Source: Dehalococcoidia bacterium | GTDB taxonomy: Bacteria; Chloroflexota; Dehalococcoidia; Lucifugimonadales; UBA3495 | Assembly (NCBI GenBank): GCA_965116565.1 | Contig: OZ220699.1 | Coordinates: 483,589 to 547,588, forward strand | Reading direction: 5' to 3' | Length of the DNA: 64,000 nucleotides | Shown: piece by piece, positions 1 through 9,918 of the stretch | Position numbering within the stretch: position 1 is the first letter of the stretch | How the letters are laid out: every line of letters starts with the position of its first letter | The notes under the pieces: generated by a model | What the model was told of the DNA's origin: nothing | The model's input: only the letters and a program-made list of their open reading frames with translations | Database searches by the model: none | Translations under genes and position numbers: made by a program

Positions 1-1
1 G

Positions 2-1318
2 TTGGGTTCGTGGTGGGCTTACACCATCCTCGGATGGGGAGGGTTCTGGTTCTGGGACCCGGTGGAGAACGCGGCGTTCATGCCGTGGATCGCCCTGACC
101 GCGTTCATACATTCGATCATGGTGCAGAAGCGGCGCGGCATGTTCCGGATGTGGAACATCGTGCTGATCAACATCGCCTTCGGGTTCGCGCTCTACGGGA
201 TGTTCATGAACCGGGGCGGGCCGGTTCCGTCGGTGCACTCATTCGGCGCGTCCACGCTGGGTTGGGTCTTCCTGCTGTTCCTGGGATTCGGCGTCATCGT
301 GCCCATGGTGATATTCTTCTGGCGGTACGACCTGGTGCGGAGCGCGCAACGGCTGGATTCCATGCTGTCCCGAGAGGCAGCGTTCCTGATCAACAACCTG
401 CTGCTGCTGGGCGTTGCGTTCGCCACGCTGTGGGGCACGGTGTATCCGCTGCTGTCGCGGCTGTTTGCTGAGCAGGAGATCACGGTCGCCCGGCCCTTCT
501 ACGACCAGGTCAATGGGCCGTTGATGCTGGCGCTGGTGCTGCTCATGGGCGTCGGGCCGCTGCTGCCCTGGCGTCGGGCGAACCTGCAATCGCTGCGGCG
601 GGCATTGCTGCTGCCGGGGACGGCGGCGTTGATAACGGCGGCCGCGCTGCTGGCGGTGGGGGTACGCCAGCCCTACGCGGTGGTCGGGTTCGGTCTGTGC
701 GCGCTGGTCACCACCAGCATCCTGATTGAGTGGACGCGGGGGACCATCGCGCGGCGGCGCAGCGTGGGCGACAATCCAGCGGTGGGGTTCCTTCGCCTGA
801 TCGCGGCCAACCGCCCCCGCTACGGCGGGTACGTGGTCCACCTGGCCGTGGTGATGGTGGCGTTGGGAGTGGTGGGGCAGTCGTTCTACGGCGTGCAGCG
901 CGACGTGGTGATGTTCCCCGGGGATGAGGTAACCGTCGGCGATTACCGCATGACCTACGTGGACACGACGACGTTGGCTTTTGCGGACCGCACCGAGTTC
1001 CGCACCACGGTTGAGGTGTACCACAACGGCGAGTTCCTGGAGGCGATGCACCCGCGGCGGACGTTCCATCCCGACCACAACATGGCGTCCACCCTGGCTG
1101 CCATACGCTCGACGCCGGTGGAGGATTTCTACGTGGTGCCCAGCGAGAACCGGGAGGACGGCGCCGTGGGGTTCCGCATACTGGTGAACCCGCTGGTGTG
1201 GTGGATGTGGGTTGCGGGCCCGGTGCTGATCCTGGGCACAGTGATCGCGCTGTGGCCGTCCCGGGCGCCGGTGCGCCGTCCGGTGGTGGCGCCGGCTGCC
1301 GCCGGCTCTGCCGATTAG
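2..1318 (+). CDS. ccmF: Cytochrome c biogenesis heme lyase CcmF (5'-truncated by window edge)
   Basis: WGGFWFWDPVENA (WWD) motif, SVHSF motif, many TM helices, C-terminal NPLVWWMW. Confidence 0.95.
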   Translation: MGSWWAYTILGWGGFWFWDPVENAAFMPWIALTAFIHSIMVQKRRGMFRMWNIVLINIAFGFALYGMFMNRGGPVPSVHSFGASTLGWVFLLFLGFGVIVPMVIFFWRYDLVRSAQRLDSMLSREAAFLINNLLLLGVAFATLWGTVYPLLSRLFAEQEITVARPFYDQVNGPLMLALVLLMGVGPLLPWRRANLQSLRRALLLPGTAALITAAALLAVGVRQPYAVVGFGLCALVTTSILIEWTRGTIARRRSVGDNPAVGFLRLIAANRPRYGGYVVHLAVVMVALGVVGQSFYGVQRDVVMFPGDEVTVGDYRMTYVDTTTLAFADRTEFRTTVEVYHNGEFLEAMHPRRTFHPDHNMASTLAAIRSTPVEDFYVVPSENREDGAVGFRILVNPLVWWMWVAGPVLILGTVIALWPSRAPVRRPVVAPAAAGSAD

Positions 1319-1328
1319 CCTGCCTGCC

Positions 1329-1625
1329 ATGCAGCTTGGCCTGGCGATCGCCATCGCCCTGCTGATAATTGCCGTGGTGGCGTGGCCCCTGGTGGTGCGA
1401 CGGCGGAATGAATCCGCGACGCCCGAGGTCGAATCCGCGCGCGAAGTTGACCATACCGTCGCGCTGAACTCCGTGTACGACGCCATCCGCACCCTGCAGA
1501 CAGACTACAGGCTGGGACGGGTCAGCGACGACGACTACCAGGAGCAACTGGAGGAGTACCGGCGGCAGGCGGCGCGGATCCTGCGCGAGATGGACCGGGA
1601 AGGCGGACGGGCACAGGATGGTTGA
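1329..1625 (+). CDS. CcmI-like small membrane protein (cytochrome c maturation)
   Basis: N-terminal TM followed by 'YDAIRTLQTDYRLGRVSDDDY' as in CcmI N-terminal domains; directly after ccmF. Confidence 0.65.
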   Translation: MQLGLAIAIALLIIAVVAWPLVVRRRNESATPEVESAREVDHTVALNSVYDAIRTLQTDYRLGRVSDDDYQEQLEEYRRQAARILREMDREGGRAQDG

Positions 1626-2151
1626 CTCCACGGGAATCGCGGCCGCGGCCGAACCTGCGAGCGTCGCAGACATCGTGGAGGTGGTGTGGCTTCCGGCGCT
1701 GCTTGGCGTGGTCACGGCGGCGGCAACGTGGCTCATCTGGTACTATACCCATACGGTTTGTACTCTCGAGATCGCCGGTTTGACCGGTTGCAACCTGGGC
1801 TCTGTGGCCAAATATGTCAACGTTGACGTATTTGGCAGGATGCTGACCTACGGCGGGCTGGTCGGCGGGATCGGAGGGTTCTGGCGGTACGACATGATTA
1901 GAAAAGAACGAGCCGCGCGCATCGCGGCACAGATGCAAGTGGCTGAACTACAAAAACAGCTGGAGGAAGCACGAGCGAAGAACGCTGCCATCCGCGAGGA
2001 GGAACGCCTGCAGGCCACAGAGGAACGCCGGTTGGCTGCAGAGGAACGCCGGCAAGAACGCCAAGCATTTCTGGCCGCTCTGACCGAGCTAACCGCTGAA
2101 ATAGCCCACATGCGCCAACAGCGCAATGGCGGCAGCCACAACGGGCAGTGA
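1618..2151 (+). CDS. Hypothetical 2-TM protein with Cys-Cys loop and C-terminal coiled coil
   Basis: Two hydrophobic segments, VC..TGC loop, E/R/Q-rich tail; overlaps both neighbours; less GC3-biased codons. Confidence 0.7.
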   Translation: MVDSTGIAAAAEPASVADIVEVVWLPALLGVVTAAATWLIWYYTHTVCTLEIAGLTGCNLGSVAKYVNVDVFGRMLTYGGLVGGIGGFWRYDMIRKERAARIAAQMQVAELQKQLEEARAKNAAIREEERLQATEERRLAAEERRQERQAFLAALTELTAEIAHMRQQRNGGSHNGQ

Positions 2152-3202
2152 CCGGGCCTTGTTGCTCCGATTGGCATTAGCGGCCGCGTTCCTGGCCATC
2201 GTGCTGGCGGCGATGGTTTCGCCGGAGATATTTGCGCAGTCCTCCGGAACAGTGGCGGTATCGGGCAAGCTGGTCAACGGGACGCAGGGCGGCGCGATTC
2301 CGGCCAATACCACCGTCCTGCTGCACCAGTTCGGCATCGACGCCGGCTCGGTGGACACGTACGAAACGGCCACCGATGCGGACGGAGCATTCCGCTTTGA
2401 AGATGTGCCACCGACACCCGCCGACGGGAGCGCCGCGCTCGTGGCGATCTACGGCGGGACCAGGTACAGCCAGGTGATGTCACCGTCGGACCCGACGGAA
2501 TCGCTGGCCCTCACGGTGTACGAGTTGACGCGGGATGTGGGCGTGGTTGCCACCACCGAGCAGTCGATCATCGTGGCCGGAATTGACACCGCCACGCGGC
2601 GCATGGCCGCGGTGCAACTGTTCACGCTGGAGAACCGCAGCGATACCACGCTGGTACCCGACCTGACCGCTCCGCCCATGATCGGGCAGTTCAGCTTCCT
2701 GCGCTTTTCGTTGCCTCCGGAGGCCTCGAACCTGGACGTTTCCACCGATCTGATCGGCGGCGAAGTGATCCCGGTGGGCACTGGTTTCGCCATCACGGCT
2801 CCAGTGCAGCCGGGCCGCCACCAGGTCAGTTTCACATTCACCGTGCCCTATGAGGGTGACAGCCTGGCCTGGCGCGACAATACCCTGCAAGGAGCGGAGT
2901 CGCTGCGCCTGCTGATCCCCGACGAGTTCGGCGACATCGGCGTGGGCGGGCTGGACGCGCAGGATCCACTGACCCTGGGCGAGATAACCTACCGCGTCTG
3001 GCAAGCGGAAGATCTGGCTCCGGGGGCAGGAGTGAACCTGCAACTGTCGGGGCTCCCGGAACCGTCGTGGGTGACCAGGTTGGGCAATCCGCTATCCGAA
3101 GCGCGGTTCTGGTACGGGGCCATTCCCATCATGGTAGCCGCAGCGCTGGCCGGATTGTTGGTGTGGGGAGTGTGGCGACGTCCGGTCAACATCGCCGCCT
3201 GA
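2126..3202 (+). CDS. Exported, C-terminally membrane-anchored protein with carboxypeptidase-regulatory-like (Ig/beta-sandwich) domain, ccm-cluster associated
   Basis: Signal peptide, 'SGTVAVSGKLVNGT...TDADGAFRFEDVP', C-terminal TM. Confidence 0.7.
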   Translation: MAAATTGSDRALLLRLALAAAFLAIVLAAMVSPEIFAQSSGTVAVSGKLVNGTQGGAIPANTTVLLHQFGIDAGSVDTYETATDADGAFRFEDVPPTPADGSAALVAIYGGTRYSQVMSPSDPTESLALTVYELTRDVGVVATTEQSIIVAGIDTATRRMAAVQLFTLENRSDTTLVPDLTAPPMIGQFSFLRFSLPPEASNLDVSTDLIGGEVIPVGTGFAITAPVQPGRHQVSFTFTVPYEGDSLAWRDNTLQGAESLRLLIPDEFGDIGVGGLDAQDPLTLGEITYRVWQAEDLAPGAGVNLQLSGLPEPSWVTRLGNPLSEARFWYGAIPIMVAAALAGLLVWGVWRRPVNIAA

Positions 3203-3777
3203 TGTCCCGCCGCAACTGGATCATCCTGGGGACGGCGGCCGCGCTCATCCCCCTGTTCGCGCTGCTGGCGTGGGCATCGACACAGCAGCGGGGACTGCCG
3301 GCCGGCGCCGGCATCAACCAGCAGTTCGGGGAGATCAGCATAGATAGTTCGCCGGCAGCCGATTTCACGCTGCCGTTGCTGAATGGCGACACAATACGGC
3401 TGTCCGACCTGCGCGGCAAGGTGGTGATGGTGGATTTCTGGGCATCCTGGTGCGCTCCGTGCCGGCAGGAATCGGCGGCGCTGAACCGGGCCTACGCCGC
3501 CTACGTTGGCGAGCCCGTGGAGTTCGTCGGGGTCAACGTGTGGGACACGGAGGACTCGGCGGAGTTGTTCCTGGTGGAGTTTGGCGTGGTCTATCCGGCC
3601 GGCGTGGATGCCGGTGGCGATATCGCGCTCAACTATGGGGTGCGCGGCATCCCCGAGAAGTTTTTTATCGACTCCAACGGGGTGATCCGGCACAAGTACG
3701 TCGGCCCCATGCCGGAAGAGGTGCTGCGGGCGACGCTGGACAGCCTGCTGACCGAGGCTGGATCGGGCGGGGGATAA
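3202..3777 (+). CDS. TlpA/ResA/CcmG-family thiol-disulfide oxidoreductase
   Basis: DFWASWCAPC motif, cis-Pro loop GIPE, N-terminal TM; ATG at 3202 overlaps upstream TGA (start reassigned from 3067). Confidence 0.92.
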   Translation: MSRRNWIILGTAAALIPLFALLAWASTQQRGLPAGAGINQQFGEISIDSSPAADFTLPLLNGDTIRLSDLRGKVVMVDFWASWCAPCRQESAALNRAYAAYVGEPVEFVGVNVWDTEDSAELFLVEFGVVYPAGVDAGGDIALNYGVRGIPEKFFIDSNGVIRHKYVGPMPEEVLRATLDSLLTEAGSGGG

Positions 3778-3845
3778 CCGCAAAAGACGGGTGATACAAT
3801 CCGTCCATTCATTCCACCAGATAAGCGAGGAGACGCAACCCTGCG

Positions 3846-4898
3846 ATGACGACCACCGGCTCTCCCGATAACTTGGCCGAGTCCCAGGTGGCGCTGGCGA
3901 TGGACTGGGGCGGGACCTGGGCGCGCGCCGCGGTCATTGACCGGGAAGGCGGGCTGATCTGGCAGGGCCGCGTCGCCAACCAACCGGGCGCGCTGCAGGA
4001 TGAACTGGTGACGGCGGCCGGCGATCTGTTGCTTGAGGCCCGGGACAACGCGGTCGGACGGTCCATCACGGGCGCTGGCATCGCGCTGGCGGGGTCGATC
4101 GACGCCTCTACCAACATGCTGCTCTCCTCGCCCAACCTGCCCGCGCTCAACGGGGTGACGCTGCCCGACGTGTGGGCGCCCCTGCTGGACATGCCGGTGT
4201 GGGTGGGGAACGACGCCAACCTGGCCGCGTTGGGGGAATGCTATTACGGCGCAGGTCGACCGATACCGCCACACCATGAGCCGGCACGCACGCTGGTATT
4301 CGTTACCTTCAGCACGGGGGTTGGCGCCGGCGTGGTGGATGGCGGCGAGATATTCGTCGGGGCTGCCGGCGCCGCCGCCGAGGTGGGGCACATGACCATC
4401 GACTCCCGGGCCGACGCGCCAGCGTGCGCCTGCGGCAACAGCGGATGCCTGGAAGCGCTGGCCTCGGGCACGGCCATCGGAAGGGCGGCACAGGCCCGGC
4501 TGGCCGACGCCACGCCGGGCGCTCCCCTGCAACTGGCCTACGAGGCCAACGCCGACATCACGGGCGAGGACGTGTTTAACGCGGCGGAACGGGGCGATTC
4601 CGTCGCCCTGGAGGTGGTCAACGACGCCGTGGCTGCAATCGTCGTGGGCATGGGCAACGTGCTGAACCTGTTCAACCCCGACGTGGTGGTGCTGGGCGGC
4701 GGCGTAACCCAGGGCCTGCTGCAACTGGACCTGCTGGGGCGCATCGAGGACGGGATGCGCCGCCGCGCCATGAGCTCCGGACACCGCCGGTTCCGCCTGG
4801 CTCCCGCGACGCTGGGGGACAGCCAGGGGATGGTCGGCGCGGCCAGCCTGGTGTGGGCGAAAACCGGGGGCTTCGCGTCGGGTCGCCCGACAGCCTAG
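3846..4898 (+). CDS. ROK family sugar kinase/regulator (glucokinase-like)
   Basis: DWGGT, NDAN, GAAAEVGH, CACGNSGCLE zinc motif. Confidence 0.92.
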   Translation: MTTTGSPDNLAESQVALAMDWGGTWARAAVIDREGGLIWQGRVANQPGALQDELVTAAGDLLLEARDNAVGRSITGAGIALAGSIDASTNMLLSSPNLPALNGVTLPDVWAPLLDMPVWVGNDANLAALGECYYGAGRPIPPHHEPARTLVFVTFSTGVGAGVVDGGEIFVGAAGAAAEVGHMTIDSRADAPACACGNSGCLEALASGTAIGRAAQARLADATPGAPLQLAYEANADITGEDVFNAAERGDSVALEVVNDAVAAIVVGMGNVLNLFNPDVVVLGGGVTQGLLQLDLLGRIEDGMRRRAMSSGHRRFRLAPATLGDSQGMVGAASLVWAKTGGFASGRPTA

Positions 4899-5022
4899 CC
4901 CTCGTGCCCGCGCAGACGGCGCAGTCGGCCTCGAGGGCGGTGGCGCGCGCCTAATCTAAACTGCTCTAAACAAAAACGACACAGTAGAAATAGCTCAGCT
5001 GCCTTGTCGAACCACCCTGTCG

Positions 5023-5464
5023 TCAATGCAATGGTGCAGAGGTCCAATAGGCTCGTGGATCATTGGGGCTATTGGCAATGTGCCGTACCAATCCTCTCGA
5101 TTCCAGCAATCGCAGATTTCGCAGTACGCTGGGGGTTGCCCTCATCGTGGTAGATGAAAGTGTTGCCATTGACGTGAGCGCCGGGCCGTTCGGCGTAGCG
5201 CCCACGCAACGTGGTCACCAGCCTCTGGAATTGGCAGCCTTGGGTTTCCGCGCTGGCAGAGGTACACCGTCCGTTTCAGGGTAGCAGACGCCGTTCTCGT
5301 ACAGGTGGGGAGCGTCCACCTCCGAGGGCGGGTCGAGCAGCGGCCCGTTGACGGCGGGGGTAGTACACGCCGTTTTCGTAGAGATGCGGAGCCTCGGCCT
5401 CGGTTGGATGCTTGATCCGAGGCGGGTCGGGCATCGGCCTGGCTTTGGACGGTTTGGCGGTCAT
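5023..5464 (-). pseudogene. Frameshifted Uma2-family endonuclease N-terminus joined to a C-terminal wHTH fragment of an AlbA/RecG-like ATP-binding protein
   Basis: Piecing frames gives ...YPETDGVPLP/AETQGCQFQRLVTTLRGRYAERPGAHVNGNTFIYHDEGNP (Uma2-like), then LRNLRLLESRGLVRHIANSPNDPRAYW. Confidence 0.6.
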
Positions 5465-5514
5465 GGCCTGTCCGGCGTTGTGGGACGTGCGACGCGGCGG
5501 TTGCACGTTGCCGG

Positions 5515-6282
5515 CTAAACGATGTAGCGGCCGCCGACCACGTTCATGCGGTCGCCGGTGATGTAGGACGACTCGTCGCTGGCGTAGAACAGGCAAGCGT
5601 TGGCGATGTCCTGGACCGTGCCCTGCCGGCCCATGGGAATGGAGCTCAGGTGTTGCGCGGAGTTGCGCTCCACTTCCTGGAACTCCGGATACCATTCAGG
5701 GTGCGCACGGAACGTGTCCGTCGAACCGGGATTCACCAGGTTGGCCCGCACGCCCTGGCCGGCGTATTCGGCGGCGACGGCGCGGATAAGGCCCAGCAGC
5801 CCCGTTTTGGCGGTGGTGACCACGGCGGTCTCGGGCCGGCCGGTAATGGCAGCCTGGCCGCCCAGCGCAATGATGCTGCCGGAGCCCTGTTCGAGCATCC
5901 CGGGCAAAACGGCGCGCATGAGGTAGAAGGAAGCGTGCAGGTTGGTGGCGATGACGTCCTGCCACTCATCAACCGACACCTCCAGCAGCGGCTTGTGTGG
6001 CCGAACCGCCACGTTGCTGACCAGCACGTCCACCGTGCCCAGGGCATCGATACCTTCCGCCACCATCGCAGAGACGAGGTCAGGGTCGGACACGTCGCCG
6101 ATGACGGTGTGGGTACGGACGCCCAACTCGCGGCATTCGGCGGCAACTGACTCCAGGTCCTCCACCGACTGCCGGGTGTTGAGGATCAGGTCCGCCCCTT
6201 CGCGGGCGAAGGTGCGGGCGATTTCGGCGCCGATGTTGCGGCTGGCGCCGGTGATGAGAGCGGTTTTGTTTTCAAGACGCAT
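5515..6282 (-). CDS. SDR family oxidoreductase (FabG-like)
   Basis: TGASRNIG Rossmann motif, VRANLVNPG, YITG tail; catalytic Tyr position reads V (VTTAK). Confidence 0.92.
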   Translation of the reverse strand: MRLENKTALITGASRNIGAEIARTFAREGADLILNTRQSVEDLESVAAECRELGVRTHTVIGDVSDPDLVSAMVAEGIDALGTVDVLVSNVAVRPHKPLLEVSVDEWQDVIATNLHASFYLMRAVLPGMLEQGSGSIIALGGQAAITGRPETAVVTTAKTGLLGLIRAVAAEYAGQGVRANLVNPGSTDTFRAHPEWYPEFQEVERNSAQHLSSIPMGRQGTVQDIANACLFYASDESSYITGDRMNVVGGRYIV

Positions 6283-6310
6283 TTTGTTGTCCTCAGGGTG
6301 ATCATTTCTT

Positions 6311-6727
6311 TCATCGTCGCTTTCGCCATAGTTTTTTGATCAGCGAGATGCCCGCGCCACAGATGGTGATAAGTGCTGCTGATAGGTACAGTATTTCCAT
6401 GGCTTCAACATCAGACCGGATAACCACCACCACTATAAATGTTAGAGCTAATGCCGAGGCTACTAACGCAAACGTTGCCAGTATCGCTTTCCACAATAAT
6501 GGGTAAAGCTCCATCAATCAGGAACTGAAATCGGTGGTGAAGATCAGCACAATGCCGGACACAGCCCCGGCAATCCCAGCAGCACCGGCTATCGAACCAC
6601 CAACGACCGCAGTGATCGGCTGGACGTTGGTGACCACAAATTCTCCAGCCAGCACTGCCACCATGCCGACGAAGAACACAACCATCGACAAAATGAAGAT
6701 ACGATCCCACATAACGCTGCCTCTCAT
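6311..6727 (-). pseudogene. Small 4-TM membrane protein split by an in-frame TGA at 6518-6520 (or two adjacent 2-TM peptides)
   Basis: ORFs 6518..6727 and 6311..6517 are in frame, joined as TGA TTG ATG; low GC. Confidence 0.5.
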
Positions 6728-6833
6728 GCACCCTTACGAAGAGCATGATATGTGTGCCCAAGCGCGCTTGTCAAAAACGCCCGGGGCGGCCTCTGCTGCC
6801 CCGGGCTGAATAGACGACAATCTGCCGGCAGTA

Positions 6834-7874
6834 TCAGTAAGGTCCGTACCCCGGCACGTTGATACACGCCGCGATGTGGTTCGGCAACACCTCCCGCGCC
6901 TCCGGCATAACCCGCATGCAGTCGTCCGTCGCCAATGGACAGCGCGGATGGAATACGCACCCGCTGGGCGGGTTCAGCGGGCTCGGAACCTCACCCGACA
7001 GGATGATGCGCTCGCGCTGGGCGTCGAGGATCGGGTCGGGAATCGGGACTGCGGACAGCAGGGCCCTGGTGTAGGGATGCTGCGGGTTTTCGTAGATTGC
7101 GTTGCGGTCGGCGATCTCGACGATCTTGCCCAGGTACATGACCGCCACGCGGTCGCTGATGTGCCGCACCACGGACAGGTCGTGAGCGATGAACAGGTAC
7201 GTCAGGTCGTAGCGCTCCTGCAGGTCCTCCAGCAGGTTGATGATCTGGGCCTGAATGGACACGTCGAGCGCCGACACCGGCTCGTCGCACACGATGAAGG
7301 ACGGGTCAACCGACAAGGCTCGCGCCACGCCGATACGCTGGCGCTGTCCGCCGCTGAACTCGTGGGGGAACCGGTCGGCCATGTACGGGTTCAGGCCAAC
7401 GTTGTTCAGCAACTCCGCGACCCGTTCCCGGTACTCGCGCTTGTTGTTGACCAGTCCGTGTACGGCCAGGGGTTCGCCGATGATGTTGCCGGCGGTCATG
7501 CGGGGGTTGAGGGAGCTGTACGGGTCCTGGAAAATGATCTGCATCTGGCGGCGCATGGCGCGCATCTGGTTGGTTCGGGCATTGGCAATCTCGGTGCCGT
7601 CGAACCAGATTTCGCCGTCGGTCGGTCGGTAGAGACGCAGGATGCAGCGGCCGGTGGTGGTCTTGCCGCAGCCTGACTCGCCCACCAGTCCCAGGGTCTC
7701 GCCGCGCAGCACCGTGAAATTCACGTCGTCCACGGCCTTGATGTAGGCCACGGCCCGCTGGAACAGGATCCCCGACGTTACGGGGAAGTGCATTTTCAGG
7801 CCTCGGACATCCAGCAGCACCTCTCCGTGGCCCGGCTGGGTCTGGGCGGTCTGCGGCATTTCGGCAGTCGTCAT
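6834..7874 (-). CDS. Oligopeptide/dipeptide ABC transporter ATP-binding subunit (OppF/DppF-like)
   Basis: [21 protein letters not shown]-terminal GCVFHPRC domain. Confidence 0.95.
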   Translation of the reverse strand: MTTAEMPQTAQTQPGHGEVLLDVRGLKMHFPVTSGILFQRAVAYIKAVDDVNFTVLRGETLGLVGESGCGKTTTGRCILRLYRPTDGEIWFDGTEIANARTNQMRAMRRQMQIIFQDPYSSLNPRMTAGNIIGEPLAVHGLVNNKREYRERVAELLNNVGLNPYMADRFPHEFSGGQRQRIGVARALSVDPSFIVCDEPVSALDVSIQAQIINLLEDLQERYDLTYLFIAHDLSVVRHISDRVAVMYLGKIVEIADRNAIYENPQHPYTRALLSAVPIPDPILDAQRERIILSGEVPSPLNPPSGCVFHPRCPLATDDCMRVMPEAREVLPNHIAACINVPGYGPY

Positions 7875-7904
7875 TTTGTTACTCCTCTTGGAGCGGCAGC
7901 GGCG

Positions 7905-8948
7905 CTACGCGGTTCCCATCGCGTAGCTGAGGGCCTGCACACCGAGTATTTCGGAGCGCCAGCAGGCCGAAACGTGTGGTTCCTCGCCGCCGTTGGTTTC
8001 CACCGGCATCAGCGGCGGCGCCTCTGTGGCGCATTTATCGATCGCCCAACGACAGCGAGCGCGGAATGAGCAGCCCTGGGGCAGGTTCACGAGGTCGGGC
8101 GGCTGTCCTTCAATGGGCACCAACTTCGCGGCGTTGCCCGCGTCATCCAACAACCGCTGGTCAAGTCGCGGCACGGAGTCCAGCAATCCGACGGTGTAAG
8201 GATGGCGGGGGTTCGTGTAAATTTCCAGCGCGGAGCCGCGTTCAATGATCTTGCCCGCGTACATGACGTTCACCCGGTCCGCGTAGCGCGCCACCACGCC
8301 CAGGTTGTGGGTAATGATAATCAGCGCCACGCCCAGGGTATCCGTGAGGGACTTCATCAACTCCAGGATCTGCGCCTGAATGGTGACGTCCAACGCGGTG
8401 GTGGGCTCGTCGGCGATGATCAGCTTGGGGTTGCAACTGAGCGCCATGGCGATCATCACGCGCTGACGCATACCCCCGCTGAACTGGTGGGGATACTGTC
8501 GGATGCGGCGTTCGGGGTCAGGGATGCCCACCTGCGCCAGCAGGTCGATTGCGTCCTGGCGGGCGTCATCGCGGGACTTGCCCATGTGAAGCTGGATGGT
8601 TTCCGTGAGTTGGCGGTCGAGGGTCAGCACCGGGTTCAGGGACGTCATGGGTTCCTGGAACACCATGGCCATCTTGGCTCCCCTGATCCGTCGCATGTCG
8701 TCCATATCGACCTCGAGGATATTTTCCCCGTCGAACAGCACCTCGCCGCCTACGGTCTTGCCCGGCGGGTCGGGGATCAAGCGCATCAGCGACAAGGCGC
8801 TCACGCTTTTGCCGCATCCGCTTTCTCCCACCAGGCCCAGGGTTTCACCCGGCATCACTTCGTAGGTGACGTCGTCGACAGCCTTGACGATGCCCTCGTA
8901 GGTGAAGAAGTACGTTTGCAGATTCTTGACTTCAAGCAGCGGGTCCAC
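7905..8948 (-). CDS. Oligopeptide/dipeptide ABC transporter ATP-binding subunit (OppD/DppD-like)
   Basis: GESGCGKS, FSGGMRQR, ADEPTTALD, GCSFRARC; GTG start with AAGGAG RBS. Confidence 0.95.
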   Translation of the reverse strand: MDPLLEVKNLQTYFFTYEGIVKAVDDVTYEVMPGETLGLVGESGCGKSVSALSLMRLIPDPPGKTVGGEVLFDGENILEVDMDDMRRIRGAKMAMVFQEPMTSLNPVLTLDRQLTETIQLHMGKSRDDARQDAIDLLAQVGIPDPERRIRQYPHQFSGGMRQRVMIAMALSCNPKLIIADEPTTALDVTIQAQILELMKSLTDTLGVALIIITHNLGVVARYADRVNVMYAGKIIERGSALEIYTNPRHPYTVGLLDSVPRLDQRLLDDAGNAAKLVPIEGQPPDLVNLPQGCSFRARCRWAIDKCATEAPPLMPVETNGGEEPHVSACWRSEILGVQALSYAMGTA

Positions 8949-9026
8949 GGCGGCGCTCCTTCCTCGTATGTGCGTGCGTGCAGAACTACGCCTGCCGTAC
9001 GTTAGCGGCGCGAATTTGGTTGGATC

Positions 9027-9055
9027 AAATTACCATACGGCGCATGGTACGGCAA
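9027..9055 (-). promoter_or_regulatory. Putative sigma70 promoter of oppDF with palindromic operator in the spacer
   Basis: Minus strand TTGCCG-N17-TAATTT with TGn extension; TACCAT-N7-ATGGTA palindrome at 9031-9049. Confidence 0.55.
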
Positions 9056-9151
9056 GATACGCAATATCGGCAGGACCGATGCCATCAGCCTGCGACTCTC
9101 CGATGCTCGCCTATAGACCATAATATCGGAGCACCGGCGAACTCGCTGTGC

Positions 9152-9463
9152 TTAGCGATATGGCTGGACCACCGCCAGCTTTTCCGCCATACGATCCTCG
9201 GCGGTTTCCAGGTCGTACTGGTTCTGTATCCCCATCCAGAACGCGGCGCTGTTACCGAAAAACCTGGCCAGCAGCAGCGCGGTTTCGGCGGTGATGGCCC
9301 GCTCTCCGTGCACGATTGCGTGAATGCGCCGCGGGTCCACACCTATGGATTTAGACACGCGGTATTGGCTGATGTTCAAAGGGATCAGGAACTCCTCGTT
9401 GAGGATTTCGCCCGGATGGATAGGTGGGAGCTTTTCGTTTTCGTTGGATATGCTCAAATTCAT
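9152..9463 (-). CDS. higA: HigA-family antitoxin (XRE HTH)
   Basis: IHPGEILNEEFL...ITAETALLLARFFG...FWMGIQNQYDL; start reassigned to ATG 9463 (GGAG RBS). Confidence 0.93.
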   Translation of the reverse strand: MNLSISNENEKLPPIHPGEILNEEFLIPLNISQYRVSKSIGVDPRRIHAIVHGERAITAETALLLARFFGNSAAFWMGIQNQYDLETAEDRMAEKLAVVQPYR

Positions 9464-9502
9464 GGTTGCTCCTGCACATAATTCCGGTTTCACATACGAA
9501 CT

Positions 9503-9784
9503 TCAATGGTAATCGGTCAACTCAACCTCCAGGGCGTTCCCTGCTTTCCATTCGAAGCAGATCCGCCATTGTTCGTTTATCCGAATGCTATATTGTCCAT
9601 TGCGGTTGCCGGAGAGTTTTTCCAGACGATTGCCAGGCGGTATTCTGAGGTCATTTAAGTCAATGGCATTGTGTAGTATCGCCAATTTTCTCTGCGCGCC
9701 ACGCTGCAAATCCTGAGAAAAACCCTTGATCCGTTTGCGACGAAATATCGATTCAGTATCAGAATCTTTGAAGCTTATTATCAT
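9503..9784 (-). CDS. higB: HigB-family RelE-like toxin
   Basis: MIISFKD, LRIPPGNRLEKLSG, YSIRINEQWRICF, DYH end; upstream of higA. Confidence 0.93.
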   Translation of the reverse strand: MIISFKDSDTESIFRRKRIKGFSQDLQRGAQRKLAILHNAIDLNDLRIPPGNRLEKLSGNRNGQYSIRINEQWRICFEWKAGNALEVELTDYH

Positions 9785-9918
9785 TCACACCTCTATATCG
9801 TTGCGTTATTCTCTATAGTGTCGGCAAAATTATCCGTTATATTTAATTTGTACTTTCTGGCTGCCCACAGTCGTTTATGCCAGCCAACACCGATGCGACC
9901 GAGTGCAACCGTCCCGTT

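Noticed and set aside
6518-6520. In-frame TGA as a second selenocysteine
   Set aside because: No redox motif, hydrophobic membrane context and no evident downstream hairpin
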